Part shown: piece by piece, positions 22,021 to 38,885 of the stretch
How the letters are laid out: the number at the start of each line of letters is the position of its first letter
Position numbering within the stretch: position 1 is the first letter of the stretch
Origin: the human T2T-CHM13v2.0 reference genome, Homo sapiens
Assembly: GCF_009914755.1 (NCBI RefSeq)
Contig: NC_060938.1
DNA length: 64,000 nt
Strand: one strand, 5' to 3'
Notes under the pieces: model-generated
What the model was told of the DNA's origin: nothing
What the model saw: the letters and a program-made list of their open reading frames with translations, nothing else
Databases searched by the model: none
Program-made: the position numbers and the translations under genes

Positions 22021-22221
22021 CGCTGTGGTTCGCGGCCGCCGGTTCGCGCATGGGCGCAGGCGTGCGCGATGCCTCGGGGCCCCGGCGCGGAGACCGCGCC
22101 TGGTGGGAAGCACGCGGGGTGCGGGGGGCGGGGGGTGTTGGGGGAGGCCGCTCCAGCCCGCACCCTGATCTTGTCTCCTCCGGTCTCCCCAGGTTTCGAG
22201 CTCGCCGGGCCGTGTCGCGCC

Positions 22222-22236
22222 ATGCCCGCTGGCTGA
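22222..22236 (+). promoter_or_regulatory. uORF (MPAG*) in the TMEM121 5'UTR
   Basis: gccATGCCCGCTGGCTGA lies after the acceptor (pyrimidine tract + AG at 22191-22192) and 84 nt before the main ATG. Confidence 0.7.
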
Positions 22237-23262
<1,026 letters not shown>

Positions 23263-26200
23263 CAGGGCCCGCGCGGCCCCCGACACGCCCCTGGGGCGCA
23301 GAGACACCGGGTTGGCTTGGGGCGCGCGGTTTGCATGGGATGGGGTGGGGGCGGGCTCCCCTAGGGACAGGTGCCTCGAGTGCCCGTGCCTGGGGTCCCG
23401 CGGCCGCTTCTTCATCTCAGGAATCTCTCGGACCGCGGATCCTCAGCCCCCGCTCCACCAGCCCGCCCCAGGGCGTGGGTCTGTTTGGGAGGCCTGGGCC
23501 GGAGCAGAGCAGAGGTGATCCGGCCCCTGCCTGCTGGGCCGCCCGGGTTGGAAGGGAGGGCAGTGTGGGCGGAGATCTGCTCCTTCGGTGGGGGCCTCTG
23601 GCTCAGATTTGGGGCCAAGGAGGCCTCTGTCATTTTAAAGACTCGTGTTTACAGTTTTGTATCCAAGGCCGCACTGCTTTGCCTGTTCCTGTGTCCCTGT
23701 GTTTACCAGCCAGGCTGGGAGGCCGGGAGCCAGGAGGGGTGTGTGGAGGGCGGGGGAGATGGTGGCGTCCAAGTGCCGGATGCTGGTGAGGCTGGGCCGC
23801 TCCACTTCCTCCGGGGCTCTCAGGAGCTCCTGGGGGCCACTGCCGCTCTGTCCCAGGGACAGCTCCTCCACTCCAGCTTCGGTGTTCCCAATTATCTTCC
23901 TGGGATACCTTGACCCCCATCTTCCCCCAGCACCGTAGGTGTCCTGGCCCCTGCTCCCCTCAACCTCAGGCATGACAGTGTCTCCCACATCCCTGGTTTC
24001 CTTCTCCCCCACCGTGGAACCTACCTTCCCTGTGGGCTCCTCCAGCCCAGGACAGCCACAGCCAGATGGAATCAGGGTGTTCCCAAGTTGATGTGGCAGC
24101 CCCAGGTCGCAGCCCCAGGAGCAGCACGGAGCCTGGCCCCACCTTACCATCCTGGCCTTGCCCCAGCACGGGAGCTGGCAGCCCCTGGCACAGGCAGCAC
24201 CCGCCCTGAAGCCCATCTGCAAGGGGTCTCTCACCTGCCTTCCACCTGGGACCCTGTACCTGTGATGTGGCCCTGGGTATCCACCTGGCCTGGGAAGGTC
24301 CGTAGCATCTGGGGAGGGGCCCTTTATGAGGCTGCTAAAAGAATTGTTTGAGGATGCCCGCTCCATGAGCGGGTGATGGTCACACACATCTCATGTGGCA
24401 CAGTTCACTGCCTGGGCCTTCGCTTCCCGCATTTCCACGGCCCAAAGGTGGCAAGGTTTAGCCAGCCAGGGCTAAAACCATCGAGGGGAGTGGAGCTGGC
24501 TGCTCAAGTGGGGTCCTCCCCAAGTGCATTTCCCAACAACTGCAGCAGTTAAGGGCGTGGCTGGTGGCAGCCCCAGCCGCACCCCGACCCCACACAGTCC
24601 TCATACCCCAGCTCCAGGCCACCTGGGGTCTGGCCTTTGAAAGTCGCCTGCCTTCCAGGCAGCTGGCCTCGGGACCACTGTCCTCAGGGTCCCGGGCAGG
24701 GGGACTACCTCGCTGTCCAGGTCAGACGTGGCCGGCGCTCTGCCCACCTCTAAAACCGTGCCTTGGCCCCGGCCTCCGATCATATCCCCAGCAGCCCCTC
24801 CAAGCGCCGAGCGCCGTGGGTGGGCACGGGGCGCTGGCCTGGGTAGGAGGTCAGAGGCGCCCTGCTCTGGGCTGTGCCCAGGCCACTAATGATCGTGTTG
24901 GGAAGTGGAAGGTCTGCAGGATCAAGGGGGCTGGGGGGCCGGGGAGGGGCGGTGATGAGCAGCCGTGGAAAGGCCCCAGGCCTGGCATGGAGAGAGAAGA
25001 GGGGCTGTGGGAGTTGCGTGGGCCAGTGGGAGGACCTGGGCCTTCTTGGGAGGGAGTGGTCTGGAGTGGGGGGTAGTGGGTGAGGGGCGAGCTTCATTCT
25101 GCCTGTCTGGGCTGGAGCCTGTTTCCTCCCCTGGCTGAAGCCAGTGCCGGCCCCATCCTGCCTTAAGGGTCTCCTGGGTGAAGACGAGCCCACAATCATC
25201 TTGGCTCTGGCACCTGCAGCAAATCCCATGGGAACAGACAGGCAGCGTGGCCATGGGTGAATGGAGCTGAGGGGCTCTGGGCTCCTGACATCCTGCTCTG
25301 ACCCTTCCTGAAAGCCCATGGTCTCTTCCATGCTGGCTGCAGTCTGGGAGGCGTTGGGCCCAGCTTGGCCTGTGAAAGCTGAAAGCCCACACCCCCTAGT
25401 CAGAGGCTGGTTTAGCTACTCCCCTAGTTTAGCTACTCTTGGGGCAGTGAAGGCCCTGGGGCTCGAAGACCTCCCCAGGCAACCTTACCCTGCACACACC
25501 CCACTCCTCCTGGCCTGTTCAGGGGTGGTCCCTGGTCTCCGTGCTCCTTGGCACAGGCCAGTGCCCTCTACCTCTGCCACCACATCCCTGGCAGTGGAGG
25601 TCCAAGTCCTGGCTGTCCCCCCTCTCACCAGTGGGGCCAGGGATCCTGGCTCTACCCGCTATGACTTGGTTCAACGGCCCATCGCCTCTGCAACTGACTC
25701 TGAGGGCATTGGAGCAGACATCAAGCCCCACCCTGCCCAGGCCCATGCCTGGCACCTGGTTTCCACGACGAGGCGCAGCTGTGGCTCCGACTGTGGCAGG
25801 GCTGGGAAGCAGGGGGCCTTTGTCAGGCTCACGGCCTGAGGTTTCTGGCCTCTGTGATCTCCCCTGGGAACAGGACGGGGACCGGGCCGCACTCCAGCCT
25901 GCCCTTCGTGAGTTTCCTGAGGTGTCCTGCAATGGCCAGATTCGACGGAGAAGCCAGTCAGCTCCCTTGTCCCCTCACTGATTCCTGGTGAGTACGTGAG
26001 TCCTGATGCGTGTCCACTACCCGCTGGCCCTGTGCTGGGGCCTGGTGCCCAACCCAGGCAGAGACGTCTGGGGACAGCCACACTTTGGGGAGTTAGGGCC
26101 TGGGAGGAGCAGGGAGGCCTCCTCAGATGGGCTTGGGTTGGACTTGGGAGCTGGCCTCGAGGGAGGCCCGCAGGTGCAGCAGCCTGGAGGCAGAGAGCTG

Positions 26201-28482
26201 GGTGTGTCAGTGCCTGAGAGGGCCGTGGTGGGCAGCTCACCAGCAAAGGGAGCAGAAAGGGCCCGGGGGAGAAGTGGGCAGCTCAGAGGGAAGAGGCGGG
26301 GCTGGGATGCTGAGCAGGGTGTGGACGGAGATGCAGCTGGGTGCACCAGTGTGGTTTGGCTGGGAAGGGAGGCGTGTGTGTGGGGGAGAGAAATTGGGCA
26401 GTGGAGGTCCTGTCCTGAGAAAGGGGCTGTCTGCAGGCACTCTGCTCCCTCTCGTGGCCTAGTCTGCCTCTACACCAGCAGAGACCTCCCTGCCCTGCGG
26501 CCACCAGGAATCCATGCAGCGTGCATGCCCCACCATAGCTCCACCGCCACCAGGAATTCAGGTGCTGCTGAAGCTGCATCAAGAAAGCCCCAGCCCAGTC
26601 GCCTCCCCTAGATGAATGAGAGTGAGCTCTTTTCTAATTGTGAAGGACATGGCAGATTGTAGCTGTGAAGACACTGTCAGGTCACTCTGTGGAAGTTTGA
26701 GGTGAGCCCTTCCAGGGTCACCTGGCCATGGAGGACCCAGGCTCAGCCCATCTTTCTTCACCATCTGGGGGGGTTGGTGATGGAGCCACAACAGCAGCGA
26801 GCATCACATTGTCTCAAAATGTCATCCGCGTGAGGGAAGGAGGGACGGCTCCTCCTTGGGTGCCTCCCTCTCCTTGGGAGGAAAACCCTTCTCAGAAGCC
26901 CCCAGAATGTGTCTGCTGAGGTCCTGTGGTCCAGAGCTTGTTCCAGGACAATGTGTACACTTCCGCTGGCAGGGGACATGGGTGTCATGACTGGCTGCCT
27001 GCCCACAGGTGAGCCCGTGGTATCATGGATGCCCCAGAAGACACGAGACTCGTGGGTCTGAGACAAAGGGCCCTGTTTCTCAGCATGAGCTTCAGCTGTG
27101 GCTCCTCTTGCCTACAATCCCGTGGGGGCGACGGGAGTGCCTGGCGATGCAGCACACACAGCTGGCAGGAGCCCACCCTCCCTCTGCCATTACCCAGGAG
27201 GCCGCAGTGTGACATCAAAAATACTCTGCAACTTGGCCCAGGTTCACATTCTGCAAAAGCTGTGAGCTTGCAAATTGCCTTTGATCCTATAAGAGCCATC
27301 ATGGTGATCAATTTCTTTCTACACAACGCCAGCACATATTTAACACCCCACACGGAGCAACATCCAGTTTAACCCGCACAGCAGCAACCCAGCCTCCAGC
27401 TCTGTCTCACCAAGCACGTGTCAACAATTCTCTTCCTAGGTGATTCCAGCAGCACAGCCTGGCAGCTCCTGAGCCCTTGGGAAGTTCTGCAGCTCGGCTT
27501 ACCCAGGGCTGCCCTGGCCAAAGCCCCAGCCACTCTCCTTTACTGCAGAGAGCGGGACCGTGTCCCCCTTCATCCCCCTAGAACGGTAGGGCTGGGAGCT
27601 GCGTCAGACCTGCCTCCACGTGCCTGTGGGAAGAGACGTCGGAGTCTGATCGCAGACACAAGAAGATCAGTCACCCAAAAAGATAAAATATACTCGAACT
27701 TCCGACCCTTCATCTTCCTTTCAGAACACACTCACATTTTCTATAGGAAAACAGCCTCATAATAATAAAAACTCAATTTAGCGAAAGTGAACTCACTTAT
27801 CTTAAGCAATAAGAAAGCCAAACATTATTGGATTCGTTTTATGCAGTAAAATAACGGAGATGCACTAAGTGGCAACCCCCGAGGGAAAAGCCATCAGAGT
27901 CACTGCCAGCGCAGAATGGTGGCAGAGGCTGCAAAGCCACATTCCCACCCTGGCTGAAACATGGGTGGCTTCATTTGTTGCAAAAACAAGGTAACTGCCA
28001 TTTAACCAGGGAAAGATGAAGGGAAAAAACACCCCCCAATCAGAGGCTGTCAGGGAGGGCCTCTGTCCTCGGGGCTTGACCTGCAGGCAGGCCCCAGCAG
28101 CAGGGCTGGGGCCGCACTGGGCGTGAGGACCAAGCGTGCAGAGGGTCAAGAGGTGGGTGAGGAGAGGGTAGAAAAGGCAGTGGGCAGGTGGGGGGAACAC
28201 CAGAGGGAGGCAGACGGGGGCAGGAGGAGGAAGGGGCCTGGGTGCCAGAGGGAGGTCAAGACAGGGGGAGGTGGGCAGGAGTGTTGCCAGACACACGGCA
28301 GCCCCCGGCCCATGCCCACCCCCGCCACCCTGCATTGGCACGAGGTCCCAGATTTCCCTGGGACAGTGCCGCCTCTCCTCACTCCGTGGCTGATGTGGAA
28401 TGGACTCCGTCCTCTGAGGGCTGGGGCAGCTGCCAAGGAAGGGGCGCTAACATCACACTGTCCCCCGAGAAAGGAAACCCAT

Positions 28483-29525
<1,043 letters not shown>

Positions 29526-30204
29526 AGGCTCGGATGATGGTGGTGTTTGTCAACGTACACATTCATTTCCCTCCTGGGTGAGTCTGGGCAGTGGTCCAGG
29601 CTGCCAGGACACAGATCCCTCCTACTCGTGGCCCCTGGGTCCTGGGTGTGGATCTTGCTCTCACAGGTCAGGCTGCACCATCAGGGCTCGGCGGCAGCAC
29701 AGCCAGGGTGGAGGAGGTTGACGAGGCATGCTTTTGGGGTCTCTTTGGGATGGGGCTCAGGAGCTGGCATGAGGCACCTGCCCACACTCTGCTGCCCAGA
29801 ACTTAGACATGCCAGTGCCCTGAGCTGCCAGGGAGCCAGGAATAGGGACCTGCCTTTGGGTGCCGCATGCCCAGGTGAGGAAGAAGGGGAGCCCTCCTGT
29901 GTTGCTGCACCTTGGTAACTTTACTGGACTTTTCAGTGTTTTCCTCCCAAGCGTTGCCCAAACCTGCATCCTGCCCAGCAGTGAGAGAGCCCAGGGACCA
30001 CCTCCTCACTCACACCTGCTGCTGGCAAATCCTCTGGACAAAGTGCAATGCTGCAACATTTTACAAAACAGAGTCGCCCTTGATGGTCATAATGGCCGAG
30101 AAGGAAAACTCACGACGACGGAAGCCATCGACTGGCGAAATTTGATATGGATGAGCACCGGCCCGTGGTTCAGGTTTTCGTAGTAAAATTTATGTGGGGG
30201 AGAA

Positions 30205-30790
30205 TTTTTTTTTGAGAGAAACGTGTGTTTAATGGTAAAAATTAGCATACCCCATCACCAGGAATGGCGTGGAGTAGGGACGGGCAGCAGGGACAGGCAG
30301 GTGACCCCTGTGGAGCCTCACGTGGCGAGGATGAGGAAGACGACCACCAAACAGAACAGCCCCATGGCCTCAGACACAGCAAAGCCCAGAATGGCATCGG
30401 AGATGAGCTGCTGCTTGAGAAACAGATTCCCGGCATAGCCAACAAGCTGCCAGACACCGTTCCAATGCCAGGCCCGAAGCCAGCCACACCGACAGGGGCT
30501 GCCCCAACACCAATCAACGTGGCTGCTGTGTCAACATCCCGGGAGACAGCTCTGGTCTGGAACTCCCACCTGGCCACCTGGTGTGGGGAGCGGCTGTAGG
30601 AAGGCTGTTCAGATGAATTTTCTGGGCTGTTCAAGAAGGAGACAGACACAGCCTGATTAGACCCGTGGTACAACAGCGGACCAGAGCTGGAGAGGTGAGT
30701 AATGCCCGGGGGTCTGCATTTTCTGTCTGCACTCCCACTGCCCTGCAGCACCTGCGGGCCCACAGCACTCGCCCGGCTGAAGGTGACCTA
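30205..30790 (-). pseudogene. ATP5MC1P1: Processed pseudogene of ATP synthase subunit c (ATP5MC1/ATP5G1)
   Basis: Intronless; ATG at 30719, TGA at 30318-30320; [16 protein letters not shown]...[15 protein letters not shown]...[12 protein letters not shown] matches the ATP5MC1 presequence/subunit c; frameshifts near codon 5 and ~30443; ATTAAA (30228-30233) and a residual A tail (T9, 30205-30213). Confidence 0.92.
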
Positions 30791-31778
30791 AGGTGACCGA
30801 CTCACTTTTACTCATTGCTTATGAAATAAGCTGAATGTGGAGATCATCGGAAACATGTTTCAAAGTGCGTGAGCCTTGAGGAAAGCTTTCTCCCGCCCTC
30901 ATGAGTATCCGCCCCAGGGGGTGCTTTCCTCGAGAGCTGGTCCGTGTTGCGTTCCCACAGTGAACACTTTCAAGGCTGCTGCGGGAAGTTGCACAGAAAC
31001 GGCTGGTGGGCCTGGAGGGGATGGTGAGGCGCAGTGGGCCTGTGTACCGGATGCCAAATCCACAGCATGGGAGGCAGGGCCCACTGCAGGAGCCACACAG
31101 CAGCTGTGTGCTGCTCTCCCACCTGCAACCTGCACCTGTGGGGTGCACCTGAGTGACCCCGGCCCCCCGGGGTGTCTCTGGGATGCCTCCTAGGAGGAGA
31201 GGCTCCACGCCTGGAGGGAGACAGGTATCACACAGGTGCGTGGGGTGGAGTGTGATGCAGGGAGGTTGGGGCAGGGCCACACAGAGAGACCCCACTCAGG
31301 CAGGCCTTGGGTCAGGGTAGGCCTCACCAAGTGATATTATGTTGGGACTGGACCGTGGCCAAGGCTGGCCTGCAGGCAGGGGGCACACATATTCCTGGCA
31401 GGTGAGGCTGCCCACAAAGCTCACCTGCCTGAGAACCCTACCTGGCTGGGGCATGCGGGAGCCTCTGGACCTTCGCGCCGGCGGAGCCTGCAGTGTCGCC
31501 AGATGGCCACAAGGGGGCTCCCGAGCCCGGCTCTGGGTCCCTTTGAGGAGGGAGCCGCGGGACCCGGCTGTGAGACCGGGACCTGCCAGTGGTGCCCCGA
31601 CCCCCCGACCCCACAGGACCCTGCGCGGCCAAAGGCTGAGGCTGCCCCAGCCCCAGGCTGTGCTGATGCCCCTGACCAGAACCCGAGCCCGATTCTGCTC
31701 ACTGAACACTCATCTGCTCCCTTGCCTCTGCCTGCCCCGGCAGCGAGGGCCTGGCCAGTGGGTTCGTATCAACTCCCA

Positions 31779-32037
31779 CGTCACCTCCCGTGTCATCTGT
31801 GTGTCACCTCCATGTCACCTCCTGCATCAGCTGTGTCACCTCCCACATCACCTGCATCAGCTGTGTCACCTCCCACATCCCCTGCATCAGCTCTGTGTCA
31901 CCTCCCACATCACCTGCATCAGCTCTGTGTCACCTCCCGCATCACCTGCATCAGCTCTGTGTCACCTCCCGCATCACCTGCATCAGCTCTGTGTCACCTC
32001 CCGCATCACCTCCTGCGCCACCTTTGTGTCACCTCCC
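31779..32037 (+). repeat. ~30-32-bp minisatellite (gtgtcacctcccrcatcacctgcatcagctct), ~7 copies
   Basis: Visible tandem units. Confidence 0.92.
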
Positions 32038-32551
32038 GGCTGACCATGGCCCAGCAGCATCTCCCTGTTGCAGCGTCCGGAGAGGCTGCGGTTGCACGGG
32101 GTGGGCTAAGGAAGGTGGGGCTGCCTCAGCCTGGGCCCTGAGTGAGCTCTGGAGTGGATCCCACCTCCCCACCAAAGCCCAAGCAGGAGACAACCCTTTG
32201 CTGCTGAAGCCACTGAGCGCTTGGGGCTGTTTGTTTCGGCCTCGTCCCCGACGGACGTGTCTCCCACAGTCCCAGGCCCTGAGTGCAGGTCCACACTGAA
32301 CCTTGACGCTCATCGCAGACTGACCCTGGCTTGCCCTGGGTCACACTCGGGCTGAGGCCCCGACAGCCTGGCCCGGTCGAAGCTCCCCGGCTTATCTCAC
32401 TCACTGTTGTCCAGGGCCCAGCCTCACGGTGACATCTGCCACAAGAAGGCTGGGACTCTGTCCCACTTGTGTTCAGGAACGAGAGACCCTGACTTGGTGT
32501 CTGTTATCAACACATTACAAACATCACTGGGCATTACAAAAGATTTCTGAG

Positions 32552-34227
<1,676 letters not shown>

Positions 34228-35279
34228 TTATAGGAAGACATATTGATTCCAGCGGCAAACGCTTAGGGCTGCAGAGCCCTGGGCAGGCTGGATGCTGTCT
34301 TGGCCCCATGTGGGGTGAGGGCTGCAGATTGTGGTGGAGGCCCCGGGGAGGCAGAGGGAACCCTCGGGAACCATTTCCCTGCCTTCTGCTCTCGTGACTG
34401 ACCTTTTCTTGGCGAAACTTGGTGGGGGCAGCTGGGCCTCTGCCACTGGCATCCTTTGGATGCTTCCTGGTGGTGGCAACCCTGTGGGGAGGAGTTGGGG
34501 AACCTGTGGGCCAACGCGGCTCCGTGAGCCTCATCAGGCTGCAGGGCACCTTGGTTCTCCCTTCCTGACCCCTCTCTGCCCGTCTCCTTTCTGCTCTGTC
34601 AGATTTTTTTTTCTCATTTTGATTCCATTTTGTTTCTGACAACTTTCCCAAGACCATTGCTCCTCCAGAGGCGGCTGGGTCCACACAGCTTCCCTTTGTG
34701 CCGGACCCTCGCCTTGCTGGGTCTTGGGCTGCAAAGCTCGGATGCTGACAGCCTTAGGTTCCTGTGCTGACCCTCGCGGTTTCCGCATCCCACTCATCCC
34801 ACTCTCACCTCTAGTTCCTTTGGAGATAGACCTTCCATGGAAAATCCCAGTTGGAGCACACCCGCCGCATTCCCGTTCCCTCACCTGCCCACTCCGTCCA
34901 CGTCTCCAGGGCTGGGCTGCAACTGTGGAGACCACCGCCTCCAGCCTTCTCCATCATGGAGACTGGAAGGTGAAGCCCGGCTAGAGGGCAGCCTGGTGGT
35001 GGGGCAAGAAATAGGACGGCTCACCGGCTGAGCCAGGGTGATGAGGCCTCTCTGCTCCCCCTTCCTCTCTCCAAAGCTTGCCAGGACCCACCCAGACCAG
35101 GCTGCGGCCTTCAGCACTTCCCCAGGCCACACCACAAGACAGAGGAACTGAGCCCCTCTGGGGCACATGCCCTCCCAGGCCAAAGTAACAAGACGCCTGG
35201 AGAGAAGAGCGCCTGAAAGAAAAACAGCACCCTCCACAGCATGACTTGTGTGCAGCAGGAGTATGAGACCCTCTGGGCA

Positions 35280-38200
35280 AAGAATTAAAGACAAATGCGG
35301 TAACATCCTTGAAGAATTAAGGAAAGATATTAGCAATAACAGGGAGAAAGCAATAACAGGGAGCACAAAGAACTAAGTAGGAATATCAGGTATCAAAATA
35401 ATGATTGAGAAAAATGTGGTAACTGAAATTCAGTGGGACGGACGCAGCCGAGGAAAACAATCTGCGAAGTGACAGACGAGGGGAAGGAATCCTGGCAGAG
35501 TGGCCAGCATGCAGGAAGAAGGACAGGGACTGTGAGGAGAGAAGTGGGTGGGAGGACAGAGCAGAAGAAAAAGATGAGAGGGATTTTCAAACATTAGGGA
35601 TGAAAGACGCCACAGAAATCCAAAAGATGATATGAGGAAAACCTGTACCTAGTCACAATTATATTAAAATTGAAGAATATTAGGAAAAAAAGGGAATATT
35701 TAAAAAATGTTGAAAAGAAGGAAAAAGTTTTAATGGAAGAGCAAGTGGTGGATAAAGGGTAAGAATCACACCGACTTCAGACCTTTCAACATGATTCAAA
35801 AATGCAAGAGGACTACAAATTATTTTTAAGGTATCAAAAAAACCCACTTTATACCTTTTTTTTTTTTTCTGAGACAGGGTCTTGCACTGTCACCCAGGCT
35901 GCAGTGCGGTGGCTCAATCACAGCTCACCACAGCGTTGAACTCCTGTGCTCAAGCAATCCTCCCACCTCAGCCTCCTGAGTACCTGGAGCACAGGTATGT
36001 GCTACCACACCTGGCTAATCTTTTAATTTTTTGTAGAGATGGGGTTTCCCTATGTTTCTCGGGCTGGTTTTGAACTCCTAGCTGCAAGCAATGCTCCCAC
36101 CCCAGCCTCCCAAAATGCTGGGGTTACAGGCATGTGGCCAACCTACACCTATAATCTTATATCCAGCAAATTTTTAAATTCAAATGTGAAGGTATACTAA
36201 AAACATTTTTAGGCAAAAGAGGCCTCAGAATACTTGCTATACAGAGACCACATTGAAAACACTGTAGGAAAAAGTTCTCGCAAACGAAGGGAAAATCCCA
36301 GGAGCTGTTGCAAGAGATACAGGAAGAAAGAGCGAGTAAAGGTTATTGTTAATATCATGATATATACCTATATAATATACTGTTGATAACAGATATCATG
36401 AAAATGAAAAATTGATAATATGTCTACAATTACCCATAACCAAAACTCCAGACAATATCAATATGATGCGGGATAAGGAATTAATCAAGGAACTAAGATT
36501 ATGCTAAAGCATATATCTTGTTGGGAGAATATGAATTATATTTATGAATACATTCAATAAATGAGTAAAGTTATTAAAAGTTAATCTTAAGAACAATCAC
36601 CATGAAAGTTACAAGTACAATTTTTTAAACTAGTAAAAGAAGATGTAATCTATTCAATGGAAAACAGGAAATGTGGAAGAAACAAACAAAAAATAACTCT
36701 GATGATAGAACTAAATCATAATACAGTTGTAATCACAATAAATATTAATGGCTTAAACTAATCAGTTAAAAAGTAGAGATTCTTGTATTGAAATTAAAAA
36801 AAAATTAAGACAAGACAAAGCTAGGCATAGTGGCAGACACTTGCCTATAGCCCCTGCTACTCAGGCTCAGGAGGCTGGGGTGGAGGATTGCTTGAGTCCA
36901 GGAATTTGAGTCCAGCCTGGGCAACACAGCAAGACCCTGTCTCTGAAACAAACAAATGAACAAACAAAGAAACGAGCACTCCAAGAGCAACTTTATAATT
37001 AAAACAAAAGAAGACACAAGTTGAAAAATTACAAGGATAGAAAACTATGAACTAAGAGGGTTATCATCACAGTTATAGCAGGGAAGCTAGGAGTGGAGAG
37101 GGATCCTGGCCATTGAATGCTTAGACCTGGAAATTCCATACATCGCTTCTCAAATATCATTGGCCAGAACGAATGACAAGGCCAAGGGGTGAGGGAGGAG
37201 TAACTCTGTGCTCCTGGAAGTAGAGAACCACTGGCTATTGGTGAATATGAACAATGTTTACTGCTACCACATACAGATTCTTAATATAAGATAAAAAGGA
37301 AACACCACAAATCAATGAGACAAGATCGTTTATAAATGGTGTTGGCAAAATCGACTCACTATACAGGGAATAATAGAAACTGGGCCTCCACCACTTATCC
37401 CATATGTGCGTGGACTTGAGCCAGATTATAGATCTGTGAATTGCAAAACTATAAAGTTAATGCTAAAAAAAGGAGGATCACTTATTGATGTTGGAGCAGG
37501 GAAAAAGTTATAAAATAAAAATTCGGAAGCACAAATCATAAGGCAGATGATTGAAAAGACAGCTTACATGAAAATTCAGAAAATACTTCCTGACTGTTCT
37601 GTGCTTGGCTTCCTTCACCTGTAAAATGGGGAGTTAATTTAACTAAGGGGTTGAGAGCAGCCCCCAGGCCATTGTAAGTGCTTCGTGTGCTACATGTTAT
37701 TACAATAATCAGTATTTCATGCCCTTTAAAACATCTCTAGTAATGCTTTTTCCCAAAACATCAATTTTGCCTGACAGTAAAATGCCACAAACTTGTGAGT
37801 TTTGTGAGCTACTGTGTGCCTGGTTTATCTTTTCCCATGATTTTCCCTCCTAACTCTTCTGTGTCATTTTGTTTTGTGTGTGTCTCTTGAAAAACCACAT
37901 AGCTGGATTAAGAGCATCCATCTTTTAACTGGAGAATGTAGTCCATGTCTTTTTATTTTCATTACTCGTTATTTATTTCTACCTCCTTATTTTGTGTTTC
38001 TATTTGTCTTGCTTTTTCTGAGTATCTTTTAAATCGTTTTCTTATTTCTTTAGGAGTTATTTTCCTCACTTAATCTTTCTTCTTCTGATTTAGAAGTTAT
38101 ACATTCAGTTTCTATTCTTTTGTTAAACAAATTTTAAATTTTACCTTTTAGAGACAAGGTCTCACTTGTCACCCATGCTGGGTGCAGTGGTGTGATCATA

Positions 38201-38840
38201 GCTCACTGCAACCTCAACCTCTTGGGTTCAAACGATCCTCTAGCCTTAGCCTCCCAGTAGCTAAGACTACAGGCATGGGCCACAACACCTAGCTAACTTT
38301 TAATTTGTTTGTAGAGACAGGATCTTGCTATGTTGCCCAGGCTGGTCTCAAACTTCTGGGCTCAAGTGAGCCTTCTGCCTTGGCCTCCCAAAGTGCTGGG
38401 ATTATAGGTATGAGCCACTGTGCCTGGCCTGGCATCTTGTTTTTATATGGTATTGAAAAGCTAAACATATTTGGGTCTGTTATTAACATGAGAAGCTGTA
38501 CTATGAGGAAGCGTGTTTTTAAAAATTATGAAATGTTAGGCTGGGCGTGGTAGCTCATGCCTGTAATCCCAGCACTTTGGGAGGCTGAGGCAGGCGGATC
38601 ACATGAGGCCAGGAGCTAGAGACCAGCCTGGCCAACATGGTGTAACTCCATCTCTACAAAAAATACAAAAACTAGCTAGGCATGGTGGTGCATGCTTGTA
38701 ATTCCAGCTACTTGGGAGGCTGAGGCACGAAAATCGCTTTAACCTGGGAGGTGGAGTGAGCCAAGATTGCACCACTGCACTCCACTCCAGCCTTGGCAAC
38801 AGAGCAAGACTTTGTCTCAAAAAAAAAAAAAAAAAAAAAA
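35280..38840. mobile_element. Degraded L1M and MIR fragments with Alus (~35856-36150 -, 36820-36970 +, 38140-38432 -, 38539-38840 +)
   Basis: A-rich L1-like text; MIR core ttccttcacctgtaaaatgggg near 37610-37631; Alu motifs. Confidence 0.65.
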
Positions 38841-38885
38841 GTTGTAAAAGGATTGTGGAAAAGGGATCTTATGTGGTTAAAGTCG

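Noticed and set aside
19472-22168. Several 350-400-aa ORFs on both strands in the CpG island
   Set aside because: Low-complexity G/R/P/A translations expected from very high GC; no recognisable domain.
30242-30763. 173-aa ORF as a functional ATP synthase subunit c
   Set aside because: Only the middle is in the parental frame; frameshifts remove the start and the C-terminal helix, and it has retrocopy hallmarks.
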